A DNA stretch of 64,000 nt from Patescibacteria group bacterium (lineage in GTDB: Bacteria; Patescibacteriota; Patescibacteriia; UBA11705; DATKZF01), in the NCBI GenBank assembly GCA_049319825.1, contig JBMORT010000002.1:271230-335229 (forward strand), read 5' to 3'. Both the position numbers and the translations under genes were made by a program. The notes under the pieces are model-generated. The model was not told where the DNA came from, did not search any database, and was given only the letters and a program-made list of their open reading frames with translations. Of this stretch, positions 18,552 through 28,400 are shown in pieces; within the stretch, counting starts at the first letter, position 1, and the number at the start of each line of letters is the position of its first letter.

Positions 18552-19616
18552 ATGTCCGAATCGAATTGGGTCGAAAAAGTGAGATCGCTCGCCAAGGTTT
18601 TGGATATGCCCAAACTCCAAAGCGATTTGAAAGAACTGGAGCGGCAAATGGCCGCGCCTGATTTTTGGTCCGATCAAAAAAAGGCGGCGCAAATTTCCCG
18701 GCAGGCCAGTTTTCGGTCCGAAACGATCGAAAAATTCAATGACTTGCAGCGGGCGGTCACCGAGATCTCGGAAATGAAATCGCTAGCGGCGAAAGAACAA
18801 AATTGGCAGTCGGAATTGGCGAATAAGGAAAAAGAAATTGAAATAAAATATGGTCAATTGGAGAATCAAGCTCTGTTTTCCGGCAAATACGATCAAGGAA
18901 ACGCGATTCTGTCCATATATGCCGGCGCTGGCGGCACCGACGCGCAAGACTGGGCGGAAATGCTGCTGCGCATGTATTTGAGATATTGCGAGAGAAAAAA
19001 TTGGCAGACGGAATTGATTGAAATCGCTGCCGGCCAGGAAGCGGGCATTAAATACGCGACCATTGAAGTCAAGGGTCCGACGGCTTACGGCCATCTGCGC
19101 GCGGAAAAGGGTGTCCATCGGCTGGTTAGAATTTCTCCTTTTGATGCGGAGAAGATGCGCCATACGTCGTTCGCCATGGTACAGGTGATGCCCGATCTGG
19201 AAGATGAAGCCGCTATACAAATCGATGAAAAAGATTTGAGAATCGATACCTATCGCTCCAGCGGCCATGGCGGACAGGGGGTCAATACCACGGATTCCGC
19301 GGTGCGCATCACTCATGTGCCCACGGGCATTGCCGCCTCATGCCAGAATGAACGGTCGCAGGCTCAGAACCGGGAAACGGCGATGAGAATTTTAAAATCA
19401 AAACTCAAAAGATATTTTGAAGCGGAAAAAGAGGAAGAAAAAAAAGAGATTCGCGGCGAATTCACGGAAGCGGCGTGGGGCAATCAAATACGCTCTTATG
19501 TGCTCCATCCTTATCATCATGTCAAAGATCACCGAACCGGCCACACGGTTGATGACGTCGAGTCGGTGCTGGACGGCGATCTGGACGGGTTTGTTTTCGA
19601 AAAATTGAAAAATTAA
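18552..19616 (+). CDS. prfB: Peptide chain release factor 2 (RF2), full length with no programmed +1 frameshift
   Basis: GGQ motif SGHGGQGVNTTDSAVRITHVPTG. SPF tripeptide (RISPFDA). 354 aa encoded in one frame. Confidence 0.9.
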   Translation: MSESNWVEKVRSLAKVLDMPKLQSDLKELERQMAAPDFWSDQKKAAQISRQASFRSETIEKFNDLQRAVTEISEMKSLAAKEQNWQSELANKEKEIEIKYGQLENQALFSGKYDQGNAILSIYAGAGGTDAQDWAEMLLRMYLRYCERKNWQTELIEIAAGQEAGIKYATIEVKGPTAYGHLRAEKGVHRLVRISPFDAEKMRHTSFAMVQVMPDLEDEAAIQIDEKDLRIDTYRSSGHGGQGVNTTDSAVRITHVPTGIAASCQNERSQAQNRETAMRILKSKLKRYFEAEKEEEKKEIRGEFTEAAWGNQIRSYVLHPYHHVKDHRTGHTVDDVESVLDGDLDGFVFEKLKN

Positions 19617-19640
19617 AAAGCTAAGCGAAAATTTATATTG

Positions 19641-19662
19641 TCCTGCCGCGCAGGATTTTTTT
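19641..19662 (+). terminator. Rho-independent terminator after prfB
   Basis: tcctgc-cgc-gcagga followed by ttttttt. Confidence 0.65.
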
Positions 19663-19763
19663 CGCTTCAGCGGCCGGTTTATCCGGCTGTTTTAAATAAA
19701 TGCCGTTTTTGATATAATATAGATAATATAATTTTCGGCACTATATCTAATTACTATATCCAT

Positions 19764-21926
19764 ATGACAAAAAACGAAAAAATTTCACTGATTATCATTA
19801 TTTCATTGGCGACGGTCATCATTGCCGGCGGTGTTTATTTTTGGTGGCAGTCCAGATCGATAGAAGTGGAAAACGTCACAACGCGACTGACGGAAAAAGT
19901 TGATGATTTGATCGCGCCCAATTCGGCTGTCGCTTCCAATTTCGCCACTTATAAAGAATATGATGTAAAAATATCGCCCGCTGTGCCCGAATACGCCGTT
20001 ATGTCGGATTTATCGAACATTACCAACCTGTCTCATTTCGAGTACCTCGATCCGGCAGCCATCGATCTGCTGAAAAAAAATAATTTCGTGGTGACCGCCG
20101 GATCGGAAAATGAGTTTTTTTCGCTTTACGAAACGAATCGCTATGATTTCACGCCAAGTTTCATCACCACCGACGCGGTGTTGCATAATTATCATTTGTT
20201 GTTCGATGATTTGCTCAAAAAAGTGGAGGAACGCAAGCTCATTAAAGCGGCCGAGGATTTAACCGGCATGCTTTTGAATGACTCGTTATCCCAGTATAAA
20301 AAATACAAAGGAACCGACTGGGAGCAGGCGGCCAGGCGCAATTTGGCTTTTTTCTCCGTGGCCGAGAAACTGCTCGATGATCGCGCCAAGATCGACAGTT
20401 CGGTCAAAGATGAAGTAAACGCGGAGCTGGCGCTGATCGAAGCTCGCGAAGGCATCATGATTTCCGAAGTGATCAACATCGGACAAAATAAAAATTCAGA
20501 CGAGGCGTACAAGGAAGATTATTCGCAATATGTCGCTCGCGGTCATTACACCAAATCTGAAGAGTTAAAAAAATATTTTAAGGCGATGATGTGGTACGGC
20601 CGCATTAATTGGCGTTTGAAAATGCCCGAAGAGACCAAGTCCGCGATTTTAATGACCGCGTCGCTTAGCAGCAGCCGCCAGGCTTATGCCAACTGGGAAT
20701 CCATCTATGAGCCGGTTAATTTTTTCGTCGGCCAAACCGATGATTTGAATTATTATGATTATGATTGGATATATGATCAGGTCTTTTCCGGCAATGATTT
20801 GACCGCTGCCGGACAGCTCGATAAGTTTATCGAGCTGGCGAAAAAATTGAATAAGCCGAAAATCAATTCAATGCCGATATACGATGAAACCGTAACGCCG
20901 GATCGCGACGAAGCCATCCAAGGCTGGAGATTGATGGGACAGCGCTATACCGTTGATGCGGAAGTGTTTCAGCATTTGATTTATCGCGAGGTTGACGATC
21001 GGTATTTGCCAAAGGCGCTGGATATTCCGGCCGCCTTCGGATCTGAATTGGCTTATGACCAGCTGCGTTCGCAAGGGGAATTCCAATACGGCAATTATCA
21101 GAAAAATCTGGATAAGCTGCGCCAGTATGTCAGCGGTCTCGGAACCGATGTCTGGACTCAAAATTTGTACTGGGGTTGGCTTTATGGATTAAATGATCTG
21201 CTGGAGGCGCCGGGAAAAGGATATCCGAGCTTTATGACCAATAAAGCATGGCAATATAAGGATTTACAAACATTTTTAGGCAGCTGGACAGAACTCAAGC
21301 ACGATACGATTTTATACGCCAAACAGGTTTACGCCGAATTGGGCGGTGGGCCGGAGGATGAAGGCGATGACCGCGGCTATGTGGAGCCGCGCCCCTATGT
21401 GTACGCTCGTCTGGCTTCGCTGGTAAAAATGACCGCCGAAGGATTAACGGCGCGGGATTTGATTGACGAAAAGGACGTGGCGCTGCTGGAAAAATTTGAA
21501 ACACTGGTTCTCAGACTGAAGGAAATAAGCGAGAAAGAATTAAATGGTCAATCTTTATCGACTCAAGATTTCGAATTTATCAAATTTTTCGGCGGGGATC
21601 TGGAACATTTATGGCTTGAAGTTCACGCCGATGAGGGCGCGACCGATCGATTTCAAACGGCCGATAACCCCGCCGCCCTGGTCGCCGACGTGGCGACCGA
21701 TCCAAACGGCCGAGTATTGGAAGAAGCCATTGGATTTGTCGATAATATTTACGTGGTTTTTCCGCTCGATGGTAAGCTAAAGATCGGTAAAGGCGGCGTT
21801 TTCTCTCATTACGAGTTCACCCAGCCGATCAGCGAACGGCTGACCGACGAAGCGTGGTACGAAAAACTGCAATCCTATGATTTGCCCGCGAGAGCAGACT
21901 GGCATAAATTCTTTTTCGCCGAATAA
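19764..21926 (+). CDS. Hypothetical 720-aa protein with N-terminal TM anchor (extracytoplasmic)
   Basis: Long ORF. N-terminal ISLIIIISLATVIIAGGVYFWW. The stop is 2 nt before the next start, suggesting translational coupling. No motif recognised with confidence. Confidence 0.5.
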   Translation: MTKNEKISLIIIISLATVIIAGGVYFWWQSRSIEVENVTTRLTEKVDDLIAPNSAVASNFATYKEYDVKISPAVPEYAVMSDLSNITNLSHFEYLDPAAIDLLKKNNFVVTAGSENEFFSLYETNRYDFTPSFITTDAVLHNYHLLFDDLLKKVEERKLIKAAEDLTGMLLNDSLSQYKKYKGTDWEQAARRNLAFFSVAEKLLDDRAKIDSSVKDEVNAELALIEAREGIMISEVINIGQNKNSDEAYKEDYSQYVARGHYTKSEELKKYFKAMMWYGRINWRLKMPEETKSAILMTASLSSSRQAYANWESIYEPVNFFVGQTDDLNYYDYDWIYDQVFSGNDLTAAGQLDKFIELAKKLNKPKINSMPIYDETVTPDRDEAIQGWRLMGQRYTVDAEVFQHLIYREVDDRYLPKALDIPAAFGSELAYDQLRSQGEFQYGNYQKNLDKLRQYVSGLGTDVWTQNLYWGWLYGLNDLLEAPGKGYPSFMTNKAWQYKDLQTFLGSWTELKHDTILYAKQVYAELGGGPEDEGDDRGYVEPRPYVYARLASLVKMTAEGLTARDLIDEKDVALLEKFETLVLRLKEISEKELNGQSLSTQDFEFIKFFGGDLEHLWLEVHADEGATDRFQTADNPAALVADVATDPNGRVLEEAIGFVDNIYVVFPLDGKLKIGKGGVFSHYEFTQPISERLTDEAWYEKLQSYDLPARADWHKFFFAE

Positions 21927-21928
21927 CT

Positions 21929-23635
21929 ATGAGCTTTAGTGAAAAAATTTCCAAAATAATTTTCATATTCATTTTGGTTTCTTGCTTTGTGCTGGAAGGC
22001 ACGTATTTGGTGGCGCTGACCACCTTGGCGCAAAATCAAATTGATTCCGTCGTGGAATTTTTGCCCGACGATCCGGCCCCGGTTTATTATTTGGAAGAAA
22101 CCACGGCGATTTTAAATGAAGTGAATCAGCGAGCGTCGAATAAATCAGAGCAGGCAACCGTCGCTTTGGTCGGGGACATGATGTTTTCCAGAACGGTAAA
22201 TGATAAGATGAAATCTTATGATAATTATTTTTATCCGCTCGAGGCGCTGGCGGATTTTTTAGCCGGTGCCGATTTGACTTTCGGCAATCTCGAGTCGCCC
22301 ATTTTTTCCGGCAAGCACGTACCGCCGGCCAGCTATAACTTTGATGCCGCTCCGGCCATCGCCGCCAATTTGGCCCGAGCCGGATTTGACGTGGTCTCGC
22401 TGGCCAATAATCACGCGGGCAATGCAGGCGCGGCCGGATTTTTAAAAAGTTTTGAGGAATTGAATAAGCGGGATATCAAGTACGTCGGTGCGGCCAAAAA
22501 CTCGGCTGATTTGAAAAATCAAGGGGTAATTACCGAAATCAACGGGGTTAAAATCGGCTGGTTGGCGTATGCTTATGGCCCGAGCCAATACCGGGCCGGC
22601 AAGGATTCTCCGGGCATGGCGCTGATGGATAAGGACCAGCTGAAAAGCGATGTGCTGCGGCTAAAAGATCAAGTCGATCATGTCTTTGTCTCCATGCACG
22701 CCGGTGACGAATACACGGAAAATATTTCCGCTCAGCAATCGGAATTCGCTCACTTGGCGATTGATTCGGGCGCCAGCCTGGTGATCGGCCACCATCCCCA
22801 TGTTGTCCAGCGTTTTGAATCTTACGGCGGCGGCTATATCTTTTACAGCTTGGGAAATTTTATTTTCGATCAAATGTGGTCCGAAAACACCCGGCGGGGA
22901 TTGGCGGTTAAGGTTTTTTTGGATAAACAAGCCATCAATACGATTGAGTTTTATCCGATAAAGATTTTTGATTTTGCTCAGCCAAAATTTTCCTTTGGCT
23001 CCGACCAGCAAGACGTGCTCGACCGCCTGAAAACGGATCTTGGCCGCGGACTGGCCGCCGATATCAATCATAATAAAATCAATATTGCCTTGTCGGCGCG
23101 TCAAGTTTTTTCGTCGCGGCCAGAATTATCGGATAATTTTTTATCGGCGGATATCAACGGCAATGCCATCCCGGAATATTTTTATTTGATAAATGAAAAA
23201 GCCTATATCATCGAAGACGGCCGGCTTCGATGGCAAAGTTTTCCCGATTGGCAGGTTAAAAAGATATTTTTGTCAGACGCCAACGCCGACAGCCGGCTTG
23301 ATTTTAATTTGATTTTGGAAAAATCGGACTTCATGCCTTCGGCGACCGTTTTTAATGAATGCCAGCAGGGATCAAACGGGTGTCATTGGTTCATATACGG
23401 GTGGCGTCGCGGCAGCTGGCAGCCGTACTGGGACTCTTCTCGCATTTATCCGCCGATATTGGATATTGAGCAGGTCGAGCCCGGATTATTTTTAATACTT
23501 GAATCAAACGGCGACACGGAAAATCTGACTTTATGGAAATGGAACAATTGGACGTTCGATTTGATTGACGAGATCTCGGAACTGAACTTGTCCGGACTGC
23601 ATCAGGTGGGGAGCGGGATGTTTTTGCTGGAATAA
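21929..23635 (+). CDS. CapA/PGA_cap-family metallophosphatase-like protein (poly-gamma-glutamate/capsule synthesis CapA-like) with C-terminal extension
   Basis: Motifs LVGDMMFSR, GNLESPI, SLANNHAGNAG, VSMHAGDEYT and VIGHHPHVVQ, typical of the CapA family. N-terminal TM segment. Confidence 0.7.
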   Translation: MSFSEKISKIIFIFILVSCFVLEGTYLVALTTLAQNQIDSVVEFLPDDPAPVYYLEETTAILNEVNQRASNKSEQATVALVGDMMFSRTVNDKMKSYDNYFYPLEALADFLAGADLTFGNLESPIFSGKHVPPASYNFDAAPAIAANLARAGFDVVSLANNHAGNAGAAGFLKSFEELNKRDIKYVGAAKNSADLKNQGVITEINGVKIGWLAYAYGPSQYRAGKDSPGMALMDKDQLKSDVLRLKDQVDHVFVSMHAGDEYTENISAQQSEFAHLAIDSGASLVIGHHPHVVQRFESYGGGYIFYSLGNFIFDQMWSENTRRGLAVKVFLDKQAINTIEFYPIKIFDFAQPKFSFGSDQQDVLDRLKTDLGRGLAADINHNKINIALSARQVFSSRPELSDNFLSADINGNAIPEYFYLINEKAYIIEDGRLRWQSFPDWQVKKIFLSDANADSRLDFNLILEKSDFMPSATVFNECQQGSNGCHWFIYGWRRGSWQPYWDSSRIYPPILDIEQVEPGLFLILESNGDTENLTLWKWNNWTFDLIDEISELNLSGLHQVGSGMFLLE

Positions 23636-23725
23636 ACTTTCGGGTCTTTTTTTCGGGGAATGGCCGGCCCCTTTGGGCAGAAAATTTATGTTCGGGGCAT
23701 TACCGATCGCCCTTGATGAAAAAAT

Positions 23726-24568
23726 ATGAAATCTCGACTTCAAAATTTATTTGACAAATACAATCTCAGCCCGAAAAAATTTTGGGGCCAGAATTTTTTA
23801 ATCGAATCAAAACCGCTCAGTGAAATAATTCAGGCGGCCAATATTAAAAGCACCGATAACGTGCTGGAGGTCGGTCCGGGTCTGGGTTTTTTAACCCAAA
23901 AATTATTGAGCCGGGCGAAAAAAGTCGTCGCCGTGGAAATTGATCCTGGTTTGCATTTTGTTTTAAAAAAAGAATTGAAAAACAAAGAAAATTTCACGCT
24001 GCTGAAAGCTGATATACTAGAAATGGATTTTGCCGCGTTGAGCAAAAACTTTGTCGGCCAGCCATATAAAATCGTGGCCAATTTGCCATATCAGATTACC
24101 GCCCATTTTTTAAAAAAATATTTATCGGCCGGCTACCACCCCGATCAAATGACACTGATGGTTCAGCGTGAAGTTGCCCAGCGGATATTGGCCCAAGCCG
24201 GCCGGCATAGTTTATTATCTTTGTCTGTGCAGTTTTACTGCCAGCCCGCCTGGGTGGCGGCGGTGCCGGCGGCAGCGTTTTTTCCCAAACCCAAGGTCGA
24301 TAGCGCCATCATCAAACTGGATAAAATTCAGCAAATAAAAATGCCCGTTGATGAAAAATTATTTTTTCGAATGCTAAAAATGGCCTTTTCATCCAAGAGA
24401 AAACAGCTTCAAAACAATCTGGCCGCCGGGCTTCATTGCTCCAAAGAAAACATAAAGAAAATATTATCAGCGGATAATTTTGGCCTAAAAATACGCGCAC
24501 AAGAAATTGATCTGCCCGATTGGCTGAAAATATATAATAAATTGACTGCCGCTGGTTTACTGAAATAG
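23726..24568 (+). CDS. rsmA: 16S rRNA (adenine1518/1519-N6)-dimethyltransferase RsmA/KsgA
   Basis: Motifs FWGQNFLIE, VLEVGPGLGFLT (SAM-binding) and NLPYQIT. 280 aa. Confidence 0.9.
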   Translation: MKSRLQNLFDKYNLSPKKFWGQNFLIESKPLSEIIQAANIKSTDNVLEVGPGLGFLTQKLLSRAKKVVAVEIDPGLHFVLKKELKNKENFTLLKADILEMDFAALSKNFVGQPYKIVANLPYQITAHFLKKYLSAGYHPDQMTLMVQREVAQRILAQAGRHSLLSLSVQFYCQPAWVAAVPAAAFFPKPKVDSAIIKLDKIQQIKMPVDEKLFFRMLKMAFSSKRKQLQNNLAAGLHCSKENIKKILSADNFGLKIRAQEIDLPDWLKIYNKLTAAGLLK

Positions 24569-24687
24569 TGGATAACTCCGCTATTTTTTTAATGAGTCGG
24601 TCAATTATTTATGGTATAATAATAATGTAGAATTTCGGTAAAAAAACAGCGGTTTTAAAAAACCAAACACTGTTTTTAATTTTTGAT

Positions 24688-25470
24688 ATGCAAGGAGTTC
24701 ATCCGCCTGATACAGAGACAATCGAGTCAGCGGCCGAATCGGAATATGTTTCACCCGTACGGGAACATCGGCTCGACCGGCAGCAAAAAATTTCATTGAC
24801 CGCGCTGGGAGCCATCGGCGTGGGTATTTTGATATTCGGTTTTTGGAGTCTGCGCAGCGGCATCAACATTCCCTTGCCCACCTTTGGTGATGCGGCGAAA
24901 AACAATACATCGGCCGAAACCGTGTTAGCTGACCAAACATTGAAAAATCAAGACACGGATCAGGACGGTTTGAGTGATTATGATGAAAAATACGTTTATC
25001 AAACCAGCCCATACCTGAGCGATAGCGACAGCGACGGCTATGTGGATAAGGAAGAAGTTGAGAGCGGACATGACCCCAATTGCCCGGCCGGTCAGAATTG
25101 CTTTAGCGAAGCGTTTGTCGATGACACCGGCGCGACTTTAACCGCCGCCGCTCAGGCAGATGTCGCGGGTATGACTCCGGCTGAGCTCCGCGCCAGACTG
25201 CTCGGCACTGGCGTAGTGGATGAAGAAACATTGAACCAAGTTGACGACGCCACATTGATGGATTTATATACTCAAACCATGAGCAGCAGTCAGGAGCCAA
25301 ACGCCGAGCCAAGCAATCCGCTCGATTACACGCCGGCCCAGATACGGGAAATGCTGATAGAAAACGGCGCCGAAGCATCGCTGGTTAACGCGCTCGACGA
25401 CGAAACGCTGATGGATTTATTCAAAGAAGCACTGGCCGAGGTGGAAACCATGCAAAATGAAAATCAATAA
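24688..25470 (+). CDS. Membrane-anchored TSP3-repeat protein (third paralog), acidic C-terminus
   Basis: TM segment ISLTALGAIGVGILIFGFWSL. Repeats DTDQDGLSDYDE and DSDSDGYVDKEE. Immediately precedes the 3153-aa giant ORF. Confidence 0.55.
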   Translation: MQGVHPPDTETIESAAESEYVSPVREHRLDRQQKISLTALGAIGVGILIFGFWSLRSGINIPLPTFGDAAKNNTSAETVLADQTLKNQDTDQDGLSDYDEKYVYQTSPYLSDSDSDGYVDKEEVESGHDPNCPAGQNCFSEAFVDDTGATLTAAAQADVAGMTPAELRARLLGTGVVDEETLNQVDDATLMDLYTQTMSSSQEPNAEPSNPLDYTPAQIREMLIENGAEASLVNALDDETLMDLFKEALAEVETMQNENQ

Positions 25471-25476
25471 ATATTT

Positions 25477-28400
25477 ATGAATTTAAGGCCAAAACAAAAA
25501 ATCATACTGGGCGTAATCGTATTCATCTGTTGTGGTATTTTTTTTCAGTTTTGTTTTTGGTTCGTCGCTTCAAAGCCGGCCAACGCGCAAATCGGAGAGA
25601 CGGCGCTGGAAGCGCAATTACGGTCGCTGCGCGAGCAGGGACAAGAAAACTATCGGGCTTTTCAAGAGGCCGTACGGCGCTATGAAGAAAAAGCGCAAGA
25701 GGAATTTGGTCAGCGGCTTAAGGAAGGATTTATCAGAACCGCGGCCATCACTTTAAAAAATACTTTAATATACACCATTCAGCAGGCCGGCCGACAAACC
25801 ATGCAGTACGTGGCTACCGGCCAGTGGGGGCAGGGCCCGATGTTCTGGGAACAAAGCTTTGACTACTTTAAGCAAACCATCGTCGGCGCGGCTACCCAGG
25901 AAATGCTGGACACGCTGGCTTATCAGCTTTGGTCAGAGACCGGTTTTGACATGTGCGATCCCGATGTCGATGTCAAATTGGCCATCATGTACAATTTGCA
26001 GCTTAATTTGCCCAATCCGCAATACGAACTGGTCGCCCCGCGTTGCGACTGGCGATTGGTAAAAAACAATTGGGAAGGTTTTTACGATGAAGTGCGCGGA
26101 CAGGTGAAAGACGCTGTCGGATTAACTTACGCGGCCATGGGGGCGATGCAAGATTCGCTCGATCCGAAGCAAAATGATTTCGGCATATTTTTAAAGGCGC
26201 TGGATCAAAATTTTGCCCGGCAAAAAGAAGAATACGAAGCGGCCAGAGACGAGCGGCTGGCGCCATCCAAATTAAAAGATCAAACTTCGGTGGTCACCGG
26301 ATTTGTGCAGACTCCCAGCTATGTGGTGGAGACTTCGGTTAAAAGCGATTGGGAAGCGGTGCTGGCCAGCCGTCGCGAAGAACTAAAGACCGGTGAAGCG
26401 GTATTGGCCGAAATTCCGGAAACGGTTTTAGCCGCCTTTATCCAAAGTTTCGGCCCGCAGCAATTCCTGGTCGCGTTTTTGAATAGAGTAAAAAGCGGTT
26501 TAATCAAGCGATCCGAAAGCTACAATCCGGTCCAAAAAGTGTATGAACAGAAAAAGTCAATCGAAAAGGTGAATACTGAAGTGCTGACCGCTGATTTTTC
26601 ATTTGAGCCGCGCAGTGTCAGCTTAATAGATGAATTCGTGAATTGTCCTTCGGAAAGTAATCGCAATACTCCGCGCGGACAAAATGATTGCGTCTTGGAT
26701 CGCAGTTTCGCCGAAGCGGTGCGGCGAGCGGCCTTGGGAGAACCGCTGACTTTGGAGCAGGCGATCGCTCAGGGGTTGATCAATGATACTCTGCCGTTCT
26801 ACGGCCCTCAAGATAAAGAAAATAACACTCCGGAATGCTATAATCGCGGTTTTTGCTACAGTAATTTGCAAAAGCTTCGAAAGGCCAGAATTATTCCGCT
26901 GGGCTGGGAGATGGCGGCGCTGAAAATGGCTGAAGAAGGCCGTAAAACTTTGAGAGAAGTGATTAATCAATTCAATAATCCGAATTCACCGTTTTATCGA
27001 TTGGTTGATCCCGGCTGGATATTAAAAGAGCCGTCCACCGTTTGCCGAGCCGAAGTGTACGGGCCGGATGTTATCGGCGAAGGCGCCTCCAGCCGATCCG
27101 AAGTTTGTTCCGATTATCGAAGCTGCGTCGACGAGCTGCCCAGCGGCGAATGCGTCGGCGGCTATGGCTATTGCGCCGAGGAAAAACGCACCTGGCTCCT
27201 CGAGGGCGATTCCTGCGACGGTCAGTTCGCTGGGTGCACCAATTTGTATGATCGCGGCGGTAATCAACAGAGCTGGGTGTTAAATACGCTGGACTCGTCC
27301 GGATGCGATTCCTCATCGGTCGGTTGCCGGCAGTACAGCTTATGGAAAGATGACGGCAAAGTTTGGACCAACAGCACACTGGCCGAACACAGCGATTCCG
27401 GCTATCAGCGCTGGATATTCTTAAATAAAAATATTGAATCCCTTTTATGCACGCCCGATAACGAGGGTTGTACCCGATTCATCAGGACCGCGGCAGATCT
27501 GGGCTCCAATTTATTGATTAATAGCGGCCTTGAAGACGCCGATGAAAATGGTGAAATCCCCGGCTGGCAAATTATGCTGGATGGCGGGGTCACCCGAGAG
27601 ATCGCGACTTCCATCGATATTGTAAACAGCGGTGCCAAGAGCGCTTACGTGCAAAAGGATTCAGCCGTGTCGAGCATTTGGCAATTAACATCCGATGAAA
27701 TTTCCATTGTGCCTAAAGACTACAGCCGATATTATATTTTGAGTTACTATCTCTATCAAACCGATCAAGACATTGTCGCTGCCGGCCTTCAATATAAAAA
27801 TTACACGGGAATCAACACCTTTAATTGGGCCGATGCCGTGCAGGTTTCCAGCTCATATTTGGATGGAATCAAAAATCCCGACGGTTCGCTGAATGCCGCA
27901 AGTATAAGCACCGGTATATGGCAGCGTCATTACGTACTGGTTAATTTGCCGCCCCAAACCGATGATGGTCGCCTAATCGACCGGCTGCGCGTCGCTTTTA
28001 ATTTCGGAGATGGCGGATCATATTATGTCGATGATCTGCAGATTGAAGAAGTGTTCAGCCCCACTACCTTTGCTTTATATGCGCCGTATGCCTCGACCAA
28101 CGCCGACTATTTAAAACAGGCGCCAGATTATTATAACTGCTACGACGAATTTCCAAATAACGACGCTCCGGAATGCGCCAATTTCATGCCGGTCTGCTCG
28201 GCCGAAGCAGTCGGCTGCGAGCGTTACACTCCGACCGACGGTGGCGCGGCGCAGACCGCGGTGGTCGGTCGATATAATTACTGCCCGGCCGAATGCGTCG
28301 GCTATCAATCGTTCTCTCAGTCAGAGACATTTTTCGAGCCGCTGACATTCCCCGTGTACTTTATCCCATCGACAGCCAGAACATGCGAACAAGAAAACGT

